DNA of 64,000 nt from an uncultured delta proteobacterium (GCA_963724765.1 CAVRVY010000004.1:1536001-1600000), one strand, 5' to 3'. Numbered from the stretch's first letter, positions 20,026-30,666 are shown. Numbers and translations: made by a program. Notes: generated by a model not told the origin, from the sequence alone.

Positions 20026-21191
20026 ACACCATCGATGCGAATCCTCTGTCTGGCGATCGAGCCGAAGACGCGATTCGCGAAAACTGCGCGAATCATAACC
20101 ACGCCGCCAACGATTTACGTAGCATCACGGAGCGCGACGTGCTTGCGCGGCTTGAGGGTGCCAGGACCAGGAAAGCACGCATCCGTGAGGACCGTATCAC
20201 GCTCGCACACGGAGCCGGCGGCAAAGCGACGCACTCGCTAATCGAGGCGATGTTCCTCGAAGGCTTTCGCAATCCGATCCTGGAGGCGATGGAAGATCAA
20301 GCGGTGCTGCACGTGGGGGACGCACGGCTCGCCTTTACCACCGATTCGTTCGTAGTCTCGCCCCTGTTTTTTCCTGGCGGAAATATCGGCGACCTCGCGG
20401 TAAACGGAACGGTGAACGACCTCGCGGTGGGCGGAGCCCGCCCGCTCTACTTGTCGGCAGGATTCATTCTCGAAGAAGGATTTCCGATTAGTGATCTGAG
20501 CCGCATCGTCACCTCGATGAAATCCGCGGCACAGGCCGCCGGCATGCAAATCGTCACCGGCGACACCAAGGTGGTGCAAAGAGGGAAAGGCGACGGCTGC
20601 TACATCAACACCTCGGGCGTCGGCGTGATCGACCGGCCGGTGAGCCTCAGCGCCGCGAGCTGCCGTCCCGGCGACGCGGTGATTGTGTCGGGGCCGATCG
20701 GGGAGCACGGGATCACGATCATGCTGGCGCGCGGTGAGCTTGAAATCGAAGCCGATATAGCATCGGATACGGCGCCACTGGCCGCGCTGGTGGAGCGGAT
20801 CCTCGATGCGGCACCGCAGGCGCGATGCATGCGTGACGCGACCAGGGGCGGCGTCGCGACCGTACTCAACGAGATCGCGGCGGCTTCGGGAGTCGCTATT
20901 ATGATCGATGAATCCGCCGTGCCGATTCGTGAAGAAGTAGCCGGCGCGTGTGAACTTCTGGGAATCGATCCGCTTCACGTCGCCTGCGAAGGCAGGCTGG
21001 TAGCAATCGTCGGCGACGAATCCGCGCAAGCAGTCCTAACGGCGATTCGCTCCGGGCCCTATGGCGACGGCGCGAGCATCATCGGCCGAGTGAAAGCCGA
21101 CCCGGTGGGGATTGTGCTGCTGAAGACATGCTTTGGCGGTACTCGAATTCTGGATCTGTTGATTGGAGATCCGTTGCCGCGCATCTGCTGA
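20013..21191 (+). CDS. hypE: carbamoyl dehydratase HypE
   Basis: HGAGGK, TTDSFVV, GTVNDLA, GDTKVV, MRDATRGG, C-terminal PRIC. Confidence 0.96.
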   Translation: MQKLNTIDANPLSGDRAEDAIRENCANHNHAANDLRSITERDVLARLEGARTRKARIREDRITLAHGAGGKATHSLIEAMFLEGFRNPILEAMEDQAVLHVGDARLAFTTDSFVVSPLFFPGGNIGDLAVNGTVNDLAVGGARPLYLSAGFILEEGFPISDLSRIVTSMKSAAQAAGMQIVTGDTKVVQRGKGDGCYINTSGVGVIDRPVSLSAASCRPGDAVIVSGPIGEHGITIMLARGELEIEADIASDTAPLAALVERILDAAPQARCMRDATRGGVATVLNEIAAASGVAIMIDESAVPIREEVAGACELLGIDPLHVACEGRLVAIVGDESAQAVLTAIRSGPYGDGASIIGRVKADPVGIVLLKTCFGGTRILDLLIGDPLPRIC

Positions 21192-21211
21192 CGACGGGAC
21201 TGGAAAAACTA

Positions 21212-21535
21212 ATGTGCCTGGGAATTCCGGGGCGAATCATTTCGATCGAGACGGAACATTGCGATCTTGGCGAGGTCGAGGTCGCCGATGTTACGCGCAA
21301 GATCAACCTCGGAATTCTCGCGGACCGGCCATCCGTCGGTGACTGGGTGCTGATTCAGTCCGGATTCGCGATCGAGCGCATCGACGAGGAGCGCGCTCGA
21401 GCGCAAATGGAACTGCTTAATCGCTATACCGGCGGTCCGCCTATGGATGACGACGGGCTCGCGAGTGAGAACACCGAATTCGATTGGGAGAGAATGCTTA
21501 TGACACGCTCGAATTCGGGAGCGGAGGAAGAATAG
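21212..21535 (+). CDS. hypC: second HypC-family chaperone with acidic tail
   Basis: MCLGIPGRI, VGDWVLIQSGFA (conserved His replaced by Gln). Confidence 0.85.
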   Translation: MCLGIPGRIISIETEHCDLGEVEVADVTRKINLGILADRPSVGDWVLIQSGFAIERIDEERARAQMELLNRYTGGPPMDDDGLASENTEFDWERMLMTRSNSGAEEE

Positions 21536-21542
21536 GAAGCCG

Positions 21543-21827
21543 ATGAAATTCCTGGTCATGTGGCGAATCGAACTTTCGCTGATGTCGCGCGGCGTCGTCG
21601 ATGCGGTTCTCAAGATGGCCGACTACGCTGGGCCACTGGAGAAAAGCCACAAAGTTCTCTCGCGCTACCATATTCCGGGAGCGCATGGCGGCGCCTGGAT
21701 ATACGAGGTCGACTCCAACGAAGAGTTGGATATGCTGCTCGCGCGGTCGCCGGTCTATAACGTCGCGCGGTACGAAGTGCTACCACTTGCGGAGATGATT
21801 CCTCCGAAATTACGGGCCTCGAGCTGA
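21543..21827 (+). CDS. muconolactone delta-isomerase-like protein
   Basis: MKFLV..., IYEVDSNEELDMLLARSP...YEVLPL pattern. Confidence 0.65.
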   Translation: MKFLVMWRIELSLMSRGVVDAVLKMADYAGPLEKSHKVLSRYHIPGAHGGAWIYEVDSNEELDMLLARSPVYNVARYEVLPLAEMIPPKLRASS

Positions 21828-21832
21828 CGCCG

Positions 21833-24142
21833 ATGGACGCTGGAATCGATTCTGCGCGCGCCAATCGACGAGCGCGCGTGCGCATCCGCCTCGACGGTAT
21901 CGTGCAGGGAGTCGGCTTTCGGCCCTTCGTGTATTCGCTGGCCTCGCGGATAGCGCTGTCGGGTTTTGTACGCAACGATTCGCGCGGCGTTGTGATCGAA
22001 GTCGAGGGAGCGCAGGATCAACTTTACGAGTTTATCGATAAATTGCAGTCGGAAGCGCCGCCGCTCGCGGCTATAGAGCTTATCGAGAGCCTGGCGATCC
22101 CTTTGGCCGGTGAAGGCCGGTTCGAGATAAACGAAAGCGACGGCGCGGGCGATCGCGAAGTTTTGGTCGCACCGGATATCGCCACCTGCGACGATTGTGT
22201 GCGAGAGATTTTTACCCGCAGTGATCGCCGCTTTCGCTACCCGTTCAACAACTGCACCAACTGCGGCCCGCGCTTCACGATTGTGACTGGTGTGCCATAC
22301 GACCGCCCGCTCACCACCATGGCGCGCTTCGCGATGTGTCTCGAATGCGCTCGCGAATATAGCGATCCGCTGAACCGGAGATTTCATGCGCAGCCTGTCT
22401 CATGTTCGCGATGCGGCCCGGTGTTACGGCTGATCGATTGCGGCGGGAATTCCGTTGCCGGAGATCCGATTCGGGCTGCCGCTGATCGATTGCGATCTGG
22501 GCAGATAGTTGCGGTCAAGGGACTTGGCGGATTCCATCTTGCGGCAGACGCCACTAATGAAAGCACGGTCGCCGAGCTACGCGGGCGTAAGTATCGCGAG
22601 CACAAGCCGTTCGCGGTCATGGTGCGCGATATAGCCGCGGCACGTGAACTAGCCGAAATCGATAGCGTCGAAGAACAATCGATAACGGGTGCGCGGCGGC
22701 CGATCGTGCTTCTGCACCGCGTCGCGGACACAAATCTTGCGGCGTCGGTAGCCCCGGCCAATCGCGATATCGGCCTCATGCTGCCGTATACGCCGATCCA
22801 TCATCTGCTGTGTGCGGAACTCGCCCGACCGCTCGTACTCACCAGCGGAAACGTTTCCGACGAACCGATCGCTTACCTCGACGCCGACGCCGCTGAGCGG
22901 CTGGGCGCTATTGCGGATTGCTTCCTGATCCACGACCGACCAATTCACATCCGCACCGATGATTCTGTCATTCGACTGGTTCGCGGGCAGGAGTATCCGA
23001 TTCGCCGGTCGCGCGGCTATGCGCCTCAGCCGCTGCTGACACCGCTCAGTGCCCGCCGCCCGGTTCTTGCCTGCGGCGCCGAATTGAAAAGCACTTTTTG
23101 TCTGGTGAAGGGCAACCGTGCCTTTGTGTCGCATCACATTGGCGATCTGGAAAACTACGAAACCTTGCGGGCCTACGTCGATGGCATCGATCATTTTCGC
23201 AGCCTGTTCGGAATCGAACCGCAGGTAGTCGCGCATGATCTGCATCCTGAATATCTCTCCACCAAGTACGCCATGGAGCTCGAGGGTGTCCAACTGATCG
23301 GCATTCAGCATCACCACGCGCACGTCGCGTCATGCCTGGCCGACAATCAGGAGCGGGGTCCTGCGATAGGGGTAGCCCTGGACGGACTCGGCTATGGGAT
23401 CGATTCGACATTTTGGGGCGGTGAGTTTCTTGTTGCCGATCTAAAATGCTTCAAGCGACTTGGCCATTTCGAGAACGTTTTGATGCCTGGCGGCGCCGCC
23501 GCAATCAAACAGCCGTGGCGGATGGCGGCCGCCTACCTTGATCTGCTTTTCGGCGATTCCATTCCCGAATGGTTGGAGGTGTTTCAGCGCAATTCCATGC
23601 GCTGGCGCAAGGTGGTACAGCTTGCTCGTGCGCCAATTAATTCGCCGGCAACCTCAAGCGTGGGGCGGCTGTTCGATGCGGTTGCGGCGATACTCGGTAT
23701 TCGCGATTCGATCGACTACGAAGGCCAGGCCGCAGTCGAGCTTGAGCAGCATGCGATCGCGTCCGAGTCGTCCTCCTACGAGATCGATATCGATCCGGGC
23801 GAAGCGTTGCTGCCGCGCGGAACCGATCTGATCCGTGCCGTTGTCGAAGATCTTCGCGACAATGTGTCAATCGGAATAATTGCCGCTCGATTTCACAACA
23901 CGCTGGCACAAATGATCGCCGATACGTGCCGGATTGTTCGCTCGCGCACCGGACATAACACGGTAGCACTGAGCGGCGGCGTCTTTCAGAATATGCTTCT
24001 CTTGAACCGGACGGTGCGTACGCTCAAGGAACAAGGCTTTCGCACGCTCACCCATCACAATGTTCCAACCAACGACGGCGGGGTCAGTCTCGGACAGGCC
24101 GCGATCGCGGTTGCGCGGGATAGCTCCGCTTTAAGACGGTAG
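21833..24142 (+). CDS. hypF: carbamoyltransferase HypF
   Basis: GIVQGVGFRPF acylphosphatase domain, Zn fingers (CTNCGPR), KGLGGF, QHHHAH, NDGGVSLGQ. Confidence 0.96.
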   Translation: MDAGIDSARANRRARVRIRLDGIVQGVGFRPFVYSLASRIALSGFVRNDSRGVVIEVEGAQDQLYEFIDKLQSEAPPLAAIELIESLAIPLAGEGRFEINESDGAGDREVLVAPDIATCDDCVREIFTRSDRRFRYPFNNCTNCGPRFTIVTGVPYDRPLTTMARFAMCLECAREYSDPLNRRFHAQPVSCSRCGPVLRLIDCGGNSVAGDPIRAAADRLRSGQIVAVKGLGGFHLAADATNESTVAELRGRKYREHKPFAVMVRDIAAARELAEIDSVEEQSITGARRPIVLLHRVADTNLAASVAPANRDIGLMLPYTPIHHLLCAELARPLVLTSGNVSDEPIAYLDADAAERLGAIADCFLIHDRPIHIRTDDSVIRLVRGQEYPIRRSRGYAPQPLLTPLSARRPVLACGAELKSTFCLVKGNRAFVSHHIGDLENYETLRAYVDGIDHFRSLFGIEPQVVAHDLHPEYLSTKYAMELEGVQLIGIQHHHAHVASCLADNQERGPAIGVALDGLGYGIDSTFWGGEFLVADLKCFKRLGHFENVLMPGGAAAIKQPWRMAAAYLDLLFGDSIPEWLEVFQRNSMRWRKVVQLARAPINSPATSSVGRLFDAVAAILGIRDSIDYEGQAAVELEQHAIASESSSYEIDIDPGEALLPRGTDLIRAVVEDLRDNVSIGIIAARFHNTLAQMIADTCRIVRSRTGHNTVALSGGVFQNMLLLNRTVRTLKEQGFRTLTHHNVPTNDGGVSLGQAAIAVARDSSALRR

Positions 24143-24148
24143 TGCCGG

Positions 24149-24850
24149 ATGTCCACTGACAAAGAGCAGATCGGCGATTCAGCCGGAGACCTTTCCGCAT
24201 CCGAGAGGCACGTAGCGAAAGAACGCAGCGCGTTGCGAGCGGCGGTAATCCACGAGGCAATTCGTACCGAAGGTGAAGCGGAGCTGCGGCGCCCGGCTAG
24301 CGCGTTGATCTGGTCTGGTGTCGCAGCGGGACTTTCGATGGGTTTCTCGCTGGCCGCGATGGGACTTATACTCTCGTCTGCCGGATACTCCGTGGCGATC
24401 GTTGATCACCGATTTCGGCTATACAGTTGGCTTCCTTGCAGTGATTCTTGGCCGTCAGCATCTCTACACTGAAAATACTTTGACCGTCATGCTTCCGCTG
24501 CTTACCAATCGAGACCGAAAAACCCCGTGGGCCATGCTCCGCTTGTGGAGCATCGTCCTCATCGCGAACGTGTTCGGCGCGGGAATGATCGCGTGGGCGC
24601 CTTTCTGATCCCTACCGCGATAGGCAATACGATCGGCAGAACTGATGTCTTCAGGCCGGAAGTTCACGCAGCGTTCGCGGAAGTCGCGATGCTCACCGTA
24701 AAAGGAAAATGGGCCACCGTGCTGCTCCGTGGACTATTCGCGGGCTGGATCATCGCGATGATGGTATGGATGATGCCGGCGTCAGATTCGTCCCGGCCCG
24801 CGATCATCATCTTCAGGGTCGGCCCTGAATCGAGATCGAACTACCTCTGA
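24149..24850 (+). pseudogene. formate/nitrite transporter (FNT, YfdC-like), frameshifted and truncated
   Basis: Consecutive fragments in different frames: GEAELRRP...AAGLSMGFS; YTVGFLAVILGRQHLYTENTLT; LRGLFAGWIIAMMVW. Confidence 0.8.
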
Positions 24851-25231
24851 TAAAGAAATTCTCAGACGACGGCGTGCCGGCTGCGGAACAACCGTTGGTC
24901 AGCGAGAGCTGGTACTAGTCAGACGGCGAGCCGTTCGTAGCGATAATGCAGCTGAGAAGTTCAACACCGGAGAGCAAATGAACACCGACTGGTTGTAGGT
25001 CGGCCTCGCCGACATTCCGCCCGGTGTCCCTACCAAATATCTCATCTGAAAGAGAATTAAGACAGGTGAAAGAGCCAAGAGCGACCAGCTGCAATGAAAT
25101 GACGTGGGTTGCAGGCTGGACCATGGGGCCTGTCAAATGATCGAGATGTCCGCATTTCGGATTCGAGGATCCGCGGACGAAATGGTATCGGCTGCCGCAC
25201 GATCAAATCGTAGAGAAGTAGATGACGCCTG

Positions 25232-25375
25232 TCAGGCCGCGAGGCGTTCGTAGCGATGGTGTAGGCCACCGGCCTGCGGGATGGCGATGACCTTGCCGCG
25301 TGTGGGTGGCTGGACGGGTCGAGAATCTGGACAATCTTTGTCCAGTGAGAGATGGGTCCGGGTGCGGTGGCGCAG
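25232..25375 (-). pseudogene. C-terminal remnant of an integrase-core (rve) transposase
   Basis: RTRTHLSLDKDCP...GGLHHRYERLAA; a second tiny remnant LHYRYERLAV lies at ~24918-24952. Confidence 0.7.
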
Positions 25376-25533
25376 TTCGGCTTCGCTGCGTTGCCAATTC
25401 GGGAATTTCCCGAACGCGGCGGCCAAGGCTCCCAGCGTCGCCTGTCCATGGGCGCCGGGTCGGACAGGCGCCCCGATTTGAATAGCCTAACCTCTACAAC
25501 CTGCGCCGAGCACAATCGCCGTTTTTCGGAAGA

Positions 25534-26328
25534 TCAAGAATCGACCAAGTAGAGGCGCCATCTATCGGGCACGCCTTTGAGGTTGTGAACGCCACGATCC
25601 TTAAACCTGATTCCCGACTCGGGCACCAGGTCCTTCACCGCGCTCGAGACCAATACTTCGCTGGCGCCCGCCTTTGCAGTTATACGCGCGCCAATATGAA
25701 TCGCGATGCCGACGACCTCATCTCCAATCAATTCGTATTCGCCCGCATGCAGCCCCGCCCTGATCTCCAGCCCGAGAGTGCGGACGGCCTCACGGATTGC
25801 AGCCGCGCATCGAATCGCCCTGGTTGGCGCCTGGAACGTGGCGAGCATTCCGTCACCTGTAGTGATTACCTCTCTTCCGCGCTCCGCGCGCAGCTCTCTA
25901 CGCACCGCGGCGTAATAGTGATTCATTACCTCCGACCAGCGACGGTCGCCGAGTCGCGCGGCTTTCTCAGTCGAGCGAACAATATCGACAAACAGAGTCG
26001 TGGCAAGCATGCGATCTAACTCAACGTTATGGCGCGCCGGACGTCGCCGGATGGGCACGTTTTCCAGTAGCCGTTCATATTGATGGCCCACCCGCCGTGA
26101 AATTGCGTTTTTCACGTAGTCTCTTGCGCGTTCCTCCGTGCGACAGCGAACAGTTTTTTGCCGAGGTGCATCCGTCCAGAAGATCCGTCTGCCGCGACCC
26201 GCTCCACGGACCTCGACGGCGCCCCACTTCAAGAGCACAGTCGATCCGACCCGGCGAACCGACCATGCTTTGGACGTATATCCGGACACATTCGAATGAT
26301 GAACTCCGATCCGGAGAAACTTCGCCAT
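25534..26328 (-). CDS. class III adenylate/guanylate cyclase domain protein with basic WGR-like N-terminus
   Basis: LFVDIVRST, TGDGMLATF, IRAGLHAGE, LKGVPDRWRLY. Confidence 0.85.
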   Translation of the reverse strand: MAKFLRIGVHHSNVSGYTSKAWSVRRVGSTVLLKWGAVEVRGAGRGRRIFWTDAPRQKTVRCRTEERARDYVKNAISRRVGHQYERLLENVPIRRRPARHNVELDRMLATTLFVDIVRSTEKAARLGDRRWSEVMNHYYAAVRRELRAERGREVITTGDGMLATFQAPTRAIRCAAAIREAVRTLGLEIRAGLHAGEYELIGDEVVGIAIHIGARITAKAGASEVLVSSAVKDLVPESGIRFKDRGVHNLKGVPDRWRLYLVDS

Positions 26329-26742
26329 TGGCGTTTCTTGCTTTCGAGGTGGATGTTTAACCGACTAGGACCCAAAGTTTGATCACGCGTGCCGTCGTTT
26401 TGCAACGCTCTCCTTCAGGCAGAGGTACGCTGAGGGCATTCCTCCTCGAAAATTAATCCGCACCTAATTATTGGCCGGTCTCGACCGACGGGCTGTAACC
26501 GACCTTCACACTGATGTCGACCGGGGCCGCGACCCGCGTGTGTTTGGAAATGCTCAGCATAGACGAAGCTGTTTATATAAGCATCGCATGATAGCTACCT
26601 AGCGGGGGGCCTTGCACGAAGAATGTCCGGCCACGGCACGACCGCTTTTCCTCCGGGATGAGTTCGCGGAAAGCGCTTTGTCACCGAGTCTGGAATTGTG
26701 ATTAGTTGAATTGATCGCAAGTGAAAACTGGAGGAATGGAAG

Positions 26743-27048
26743 ATGTACGTATCACGGCTTCTTTTTCATACCGTTCCTGGCAAGACGGGCGAGGTTGAAC
26801 GGGAGCTTAAGAAATTGCGCGAGATGGTGACGAGTGCCGGGGGCGCCGACGCGCGCATCCTGCACATCCACTTCGCATCTCTCGGCGCGCCTGATGCAGT
26901 GTTCGAGCAAAAGGCGCCCGACCTGTCGGCACTCGAAGAGCAGATAAGCAAGCTCACCCATAGCTCAGAATTTCAGACGTGGAGCCGTCGGATGTCCGCG
27001 CTGCTCGTCCAGTCGCCCAAGCGTGAGGTCTACATAGTTGCGAATTGA
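26743..27048 (+). CDS. hypothetical protein (dimeric alpha-beta barrel / NIPSNAP-like)
   Basis: GGAGG RBS; 101-aa ORF with a plausible barrel pattern. Confidence 0.6.
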   Translation: MYVSRLLFHTVPGKTGEVERELKKLREMVTSAGGADARILHIHFASLGAPDAVFEQKAPDLSALEEQISKLTHSSEFQTWSRRMSALLVQSPKREVYIVAN

Positions 27049-27750
27049 CTCGCGCCGCATAACAGCCACTTTTTTTACCGCCCAAAACGTGAAGGACACC
27101 GAGATACTCCGGCAGGGAGAGAGATTAAGCTTTTCCTCCCCGTGGCGCCGGGGAGGAGATTCTCCGGTGTCCTTCAAATCACGTGAAGGCCGCGGGCACG
27201 CGGCAGTTTCGCTCAGTTCTTCAGAGAATCCGGAGATTTTGAGACTGGTTGGCGGATGACCCAGTCAGGGGCGAACTCCTCTCCCCGGCCTGCCAACCGG
27301 TTGACACTCTAGCTGCGGTTGGCAAACCCCTATTTCCGGACTTTCCGGACTCGCTTGCGCGCGCGCGATGGCGTGAATAGTCAATCCAACCAATATAAGC
27401 AAACATCGTTTGAATGTTGTCCGATGTTACCTGTGCGTCCCGAAAACTTTGTCCGGGATGACGGTCGGGTGGGCGTATGGTAATGAAGCGGCCGATGGTC
27501 GCGTTTCTGATCCAGCTGTTGTGTGGTATCCGGTCGCGGTTCACGGGGCGAGCGCGGCTTGAGGCCGAGAATCTCCTCCTGCGCCAACAACTGATAGTTC
27601 TAGGGCGGGAGTCCCCGACGCGCGTGAGACTGTGGAACATCGATCGCTTGCTGTTGGTATGGCTGTACCGACTGTACCCGTCTGTCTGGCACGTGCAGAA
27701 TACCCCACTCTCCGTGGGAGAATATCGATCTGAATTTGGGCCATGTGCCA

Positions 27751-28131
27751 TTAGGGTGCCTGCTGAATAGGGTGCCAATAGGTGCCATAGCGTTCACTGC
27801 GGGGTAGCCGCCGCCGCTTCCGGGGTAACGCCGCCTTTTTATTCGGCTCGGAATTACAGCGGATAAACTGGTGCACGGTCGATGGAACCGGCAACGTGAT
27901 CCCCGACCGGCGCACGATATCCTTTAAGTATTCCTGCGCGCGTTCGCGGGAGCCGTCAGCCGGGGCGCCGCCGCTCTGGCGTTCCACTTCTCCTTCGATC
28001 CAGATAAGCAGGTAGTTCGTAAGCTGCGTGCGCAGGTGCAGATATTTCAGGTTGGTCAGATCGCGAGGCATGACCCAGACCTGCTGAATCAGTTCATCGA
28101 TAAAATTCTCGAACGATCCCTGCTTAGCCAT
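27751..28131 (-). CDS. hypothetical protein
   Basis: 126-aa ORF starting 5 bp after the primase stop. Confidence 0.55.
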   Translation of the reverse strand: MAKQGSFENFIDELIQQVWVMPRDLTNLKYLHLRTQLTNYLLIWIEGEVERQSGGAPADGSRERAQEYLKDIVRRSGITLPVPSTVHQFIRCNSEPNKKAALPRKRRRLPRSERYGTYWHPIQQAP

Positions 28132-28136
28132 TGATT

Positions 28137-30428
28137 TTACAATTCCTCGGATTCGGCAACGGCACCGCGCCCGGTCTTTCTCACCGCGAGCCCTGTGATC
28201 CAGTTGCCGTTACGTTCGTGATCTTTGGCGAAGCCATGGGTCTCGACCAAGCGCTTTGAAAAGTCATTCTGGTTGCCGGGCCGCTCACCACATTCCACCG
28301 CCCAATTTTTGAAATTGTCGAATAGCACCGAGGTCAGCGTCCGCATAGCCGTCTCAGGGCGCCGATCCCGCTCGCAGTTATCATCGATCCAACGACCGAT
28401 CTGATCTTCGTCCGCCACGTATTCCTCAGTGGCGGCTATGACGACTTCAGGCGGGGCCAGCCCTTGGTCTAGCCATAACCGGCAACCGTCAATGGCCCAG
28501 CGCAGGATTCCCGGCCACTCTTTTTTCAATTGTTCTCGGAGATCGTTCTCGCGCTGAAGCACTTTAGTACCCGCCGCTAATTGGTCGTCGGGTTTGGTAG
28601 GATCGGAATAGAAGACCACTCCGAAGGGGACCAGATGCAGCCGCTTGCGAAGAGCCACGCCGCCGCCTTGGGGTAGCGCGGGCTTATGGTTGGAACTAAT
28701 CCAGAGTTTATGCGTGGGATTGTAGCGAAAGAAGTCCTGCCGCATAAACCGCGCGGTGATGGGATCGCCACCGGTCAACATTTTGACCTTGGCCAGTGCG
28801 AATTGGTGACCCGCTTCGGTCTCGGATGCCGTGGCGAAGCGAACGCCTTGCAGGGATGCCAACGCGGTTGGATGGCCCTCGCTCCGTTGCGCTATGAACA
28901 ATTCGCTCGGCGCCACGCTGGCGTAATCGCCCAGCAGATCGTAGATCGTATTGGTCAGAACGCCTTTGCCATTGCGCCCGACGCCACATAGGAAGGTTAG
29001 GTCTTCCTCGGTTACAACTCCGGTGAGTACGTAACCGATCTTACGCTGTAGGAAGGCGATCAGGGATTGGTCGCCATCCATGATTTGATCAAGGAATAGC
29101 AACCAGCGTGGACAATCCGCGTTAACGCACGGCCCTACCGCCGTGGCCTTGGTCACCAAATCTTCGGGCGTGGTAGGACGAATCGATCCCGTCTTAAGAT
29201 CGACCAACCCATCAGGCGTGTTCAATACCCATGGATTAGCATCGAACTGTTCCGGGCGCAGCGCTACCCGCCGATCAGTGAGGGCTAACGCGGATACGGC
29301 GGAGATCGTAGCGCGCGAGAGCAGGCGCTTGCGCTGCTTCGGATTGGCGTCCGCGATGGGCCGCATATAATCGCGCACCTGATCGGTCACCGCGTTGGTG
29401 CCATCGACTTCAAAACGGTAATCTTTGAAGGCATACCAGCCTCGGCCCAGTTGAGCGTGGCGCAGGTTACGACCGCGTTCCTCCACGAATCCCAATGCGA
29501 GCCCGTCGTCCGTAGCAGCGGCAGGGACGGCTCCGGGCGCTAGGAGCAGCAGTTCGCAGACCTGATCTACGACTGCCGGGCCATGCTCTTCGCCCAGCAG
29601 TTTGATCAGTCGAGTTCTGCCGGTGATGTTGCGGTCTTTATTCTTCAGCCGATCAAAAGTGTGCTTCACGTAATAGGCGAGGCGCTTTGAATGGTAGCCG
29701 CCCATCGCCTGAAAGTTGTGCAGGAAATACTCGACTGCCGCCGCATCCCAATGCCGGGCCAACATACCCATCAACGCCTGATTGGCGTCGTGCGCCTGCT
29801 TAGCCTTGGGCCAGAAGCGGTGGAGTAAGGTAGCCGCGCTGAATTGCCGCCACGCCCATTCAGTCTCGGCAGCAGGCGCTACGGTAAACTCCGGCACGTC
29901 GTTCCAAACGACTTCGGAGCCGTTCGGGTGCATGGAAGGAGGCGCCATGGATTGGCAACCGTTGCGCCGCAACTCCAGCAGCGTACTTTTGTCGTCTAAC
30001 GGATCAAGGCACACGATTTTCTTCAAATCGGTCGCGACATCGCCCGGTGCGCGGCGGTAGAGCCAATGAGTGATCTGACCGTCGTGACCCCAGCCGCGCG
30101 TCGGCTTCAACCATAAGCCCGCGTGTTGAATCGCCTCGGCGCAATCGAGATCAACGTCATCGAGCCCGCCCGAAATCGTGCCGAGCAGTATGCCGCGACC
30201 GGTGACGCCATCTTTGCGCCATGCCACATCTATGGCCGCCGAATCGCTTAGCTTCGCGTTGGGCCAGTCGGGGTAGTACGTGGCCTTGTCGGTCAGCGGA
30301 GTCGAATAGATACCGCGCTCGACGTCGGCCTTAACCGCTTCGATCAGTCGAGCGGTCAACGGCCCGTGCAACGGACGCGGTCGTATAGGAACAACGGGAT
30401 TGCCGTGTCCCAGTTTGCGCGCCTGCAT
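28137..30428 (-). CDS. P4-family/D5-like primase-helicase (prim-pol N-terminus + SF3 helicase)
   Basis: DDVDLD, QSMAPPSMHPNG, LNTPDGLVDLKTG, GVGRNGKG Walker A, KMLTGGDPITARFMRQDFF, SNHKP. Confidence 0.9.
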   Translation of the reverse strand: MQARKLGHGNPVVPIRPRPLHGPLTARLIEAVKADVERGIYSTPLTDKATYYPDWPNAKLSDSAAIDVAWRKDGVTGRGILLGTISGGLDDVDLDCAEAIQHAGLWLKPTRGWGHDGQITHWLYRRAPGDVATDLKKIVCLDPLDDKSTLLELRRNGCQSMAPPSMHPNGSEVVWNDVPEFTVAPAAETEWAWRQFSAATLLHRFWPKAKQAHDANQALMGMLARHWDAAAVEYFLHNFQAMGGYHSKRLAYYVKHTFDRLKNKDRNITGRTRLIKLLGEEHGPAVVDQVCELLLLAPGAVPAAATDDGLALGFVEERGRNLRHAQLGRGWYAFKDYRFEVDGTNAVTDQVRDYMRPIADANPKQRKRLLSRATISAVSALALTDRRVALRPEQFDANPWVLNTPDGLVDLKTGSIRPTTPEDLVTKATAVGPCVNADCPRWLLFLDQIMDGDQSLIAFLQRKIGYVLTGVVTEEDLTFLCGVGRNGKGVLTNTIYDLLGDYASVAPSELFIAQRSEGHPTALASLQGVRFATASETEAGHQFALAKVKMLTGGDPITARFMRQDFFRYNPTHKLWISSNHKPALPQGGGVALRKRLHLVPFGVVFYSDPTKPDDQLAAGTKVLQRENDLREQLKKEWPGILRWAIDGCRLWLDQGLAPPEVVIAATEEYVADEDQIGRWIDDNCERDRRPETAMRTLTSVLFDNFKNWAVECGERPGNQNDFSKRLVETHGFAKDHERNGNWITGLAVRKTGRGAVAESEEL

Positions 30429-30432
30429 GGGT

Positions 30433-30666
30433 TTACGCCTTACGCGCGGACTTCAGCGATTTGAAGTACGCCTGTACTTCGGCTCGTATCCAACAACGTG
30501 GACCGCGCGGGCCAATGATCAGCGTCACCGGGCGCGGGAAGTTGGCATCGACCTTCATTAACCGGCTCAGCGTATCCTCGGAGATCTCGAGCGCCTTACA
30601 AATGGTCCGCGAAGTAATCAGGCTCTCCAACTCCTGATCCATTAGTAACTGCTCTTGTGCGTTCAT
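30433..30666 (-). CDS. AlpA/excisionase-like HTH protein
   Basis: ICKALEISEDTLSRLMK...NFPRPV...RCWIRAEVQAY; GGAG RBS. Confidence 0.8.
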   Translation of the reverse strand: MNAQEQLLMDQELESLITSRTICKALEISEDTLSRLMKVDANFPRPVTLIIGPRGPRCWIRAEVQAYFKSLKSARKA

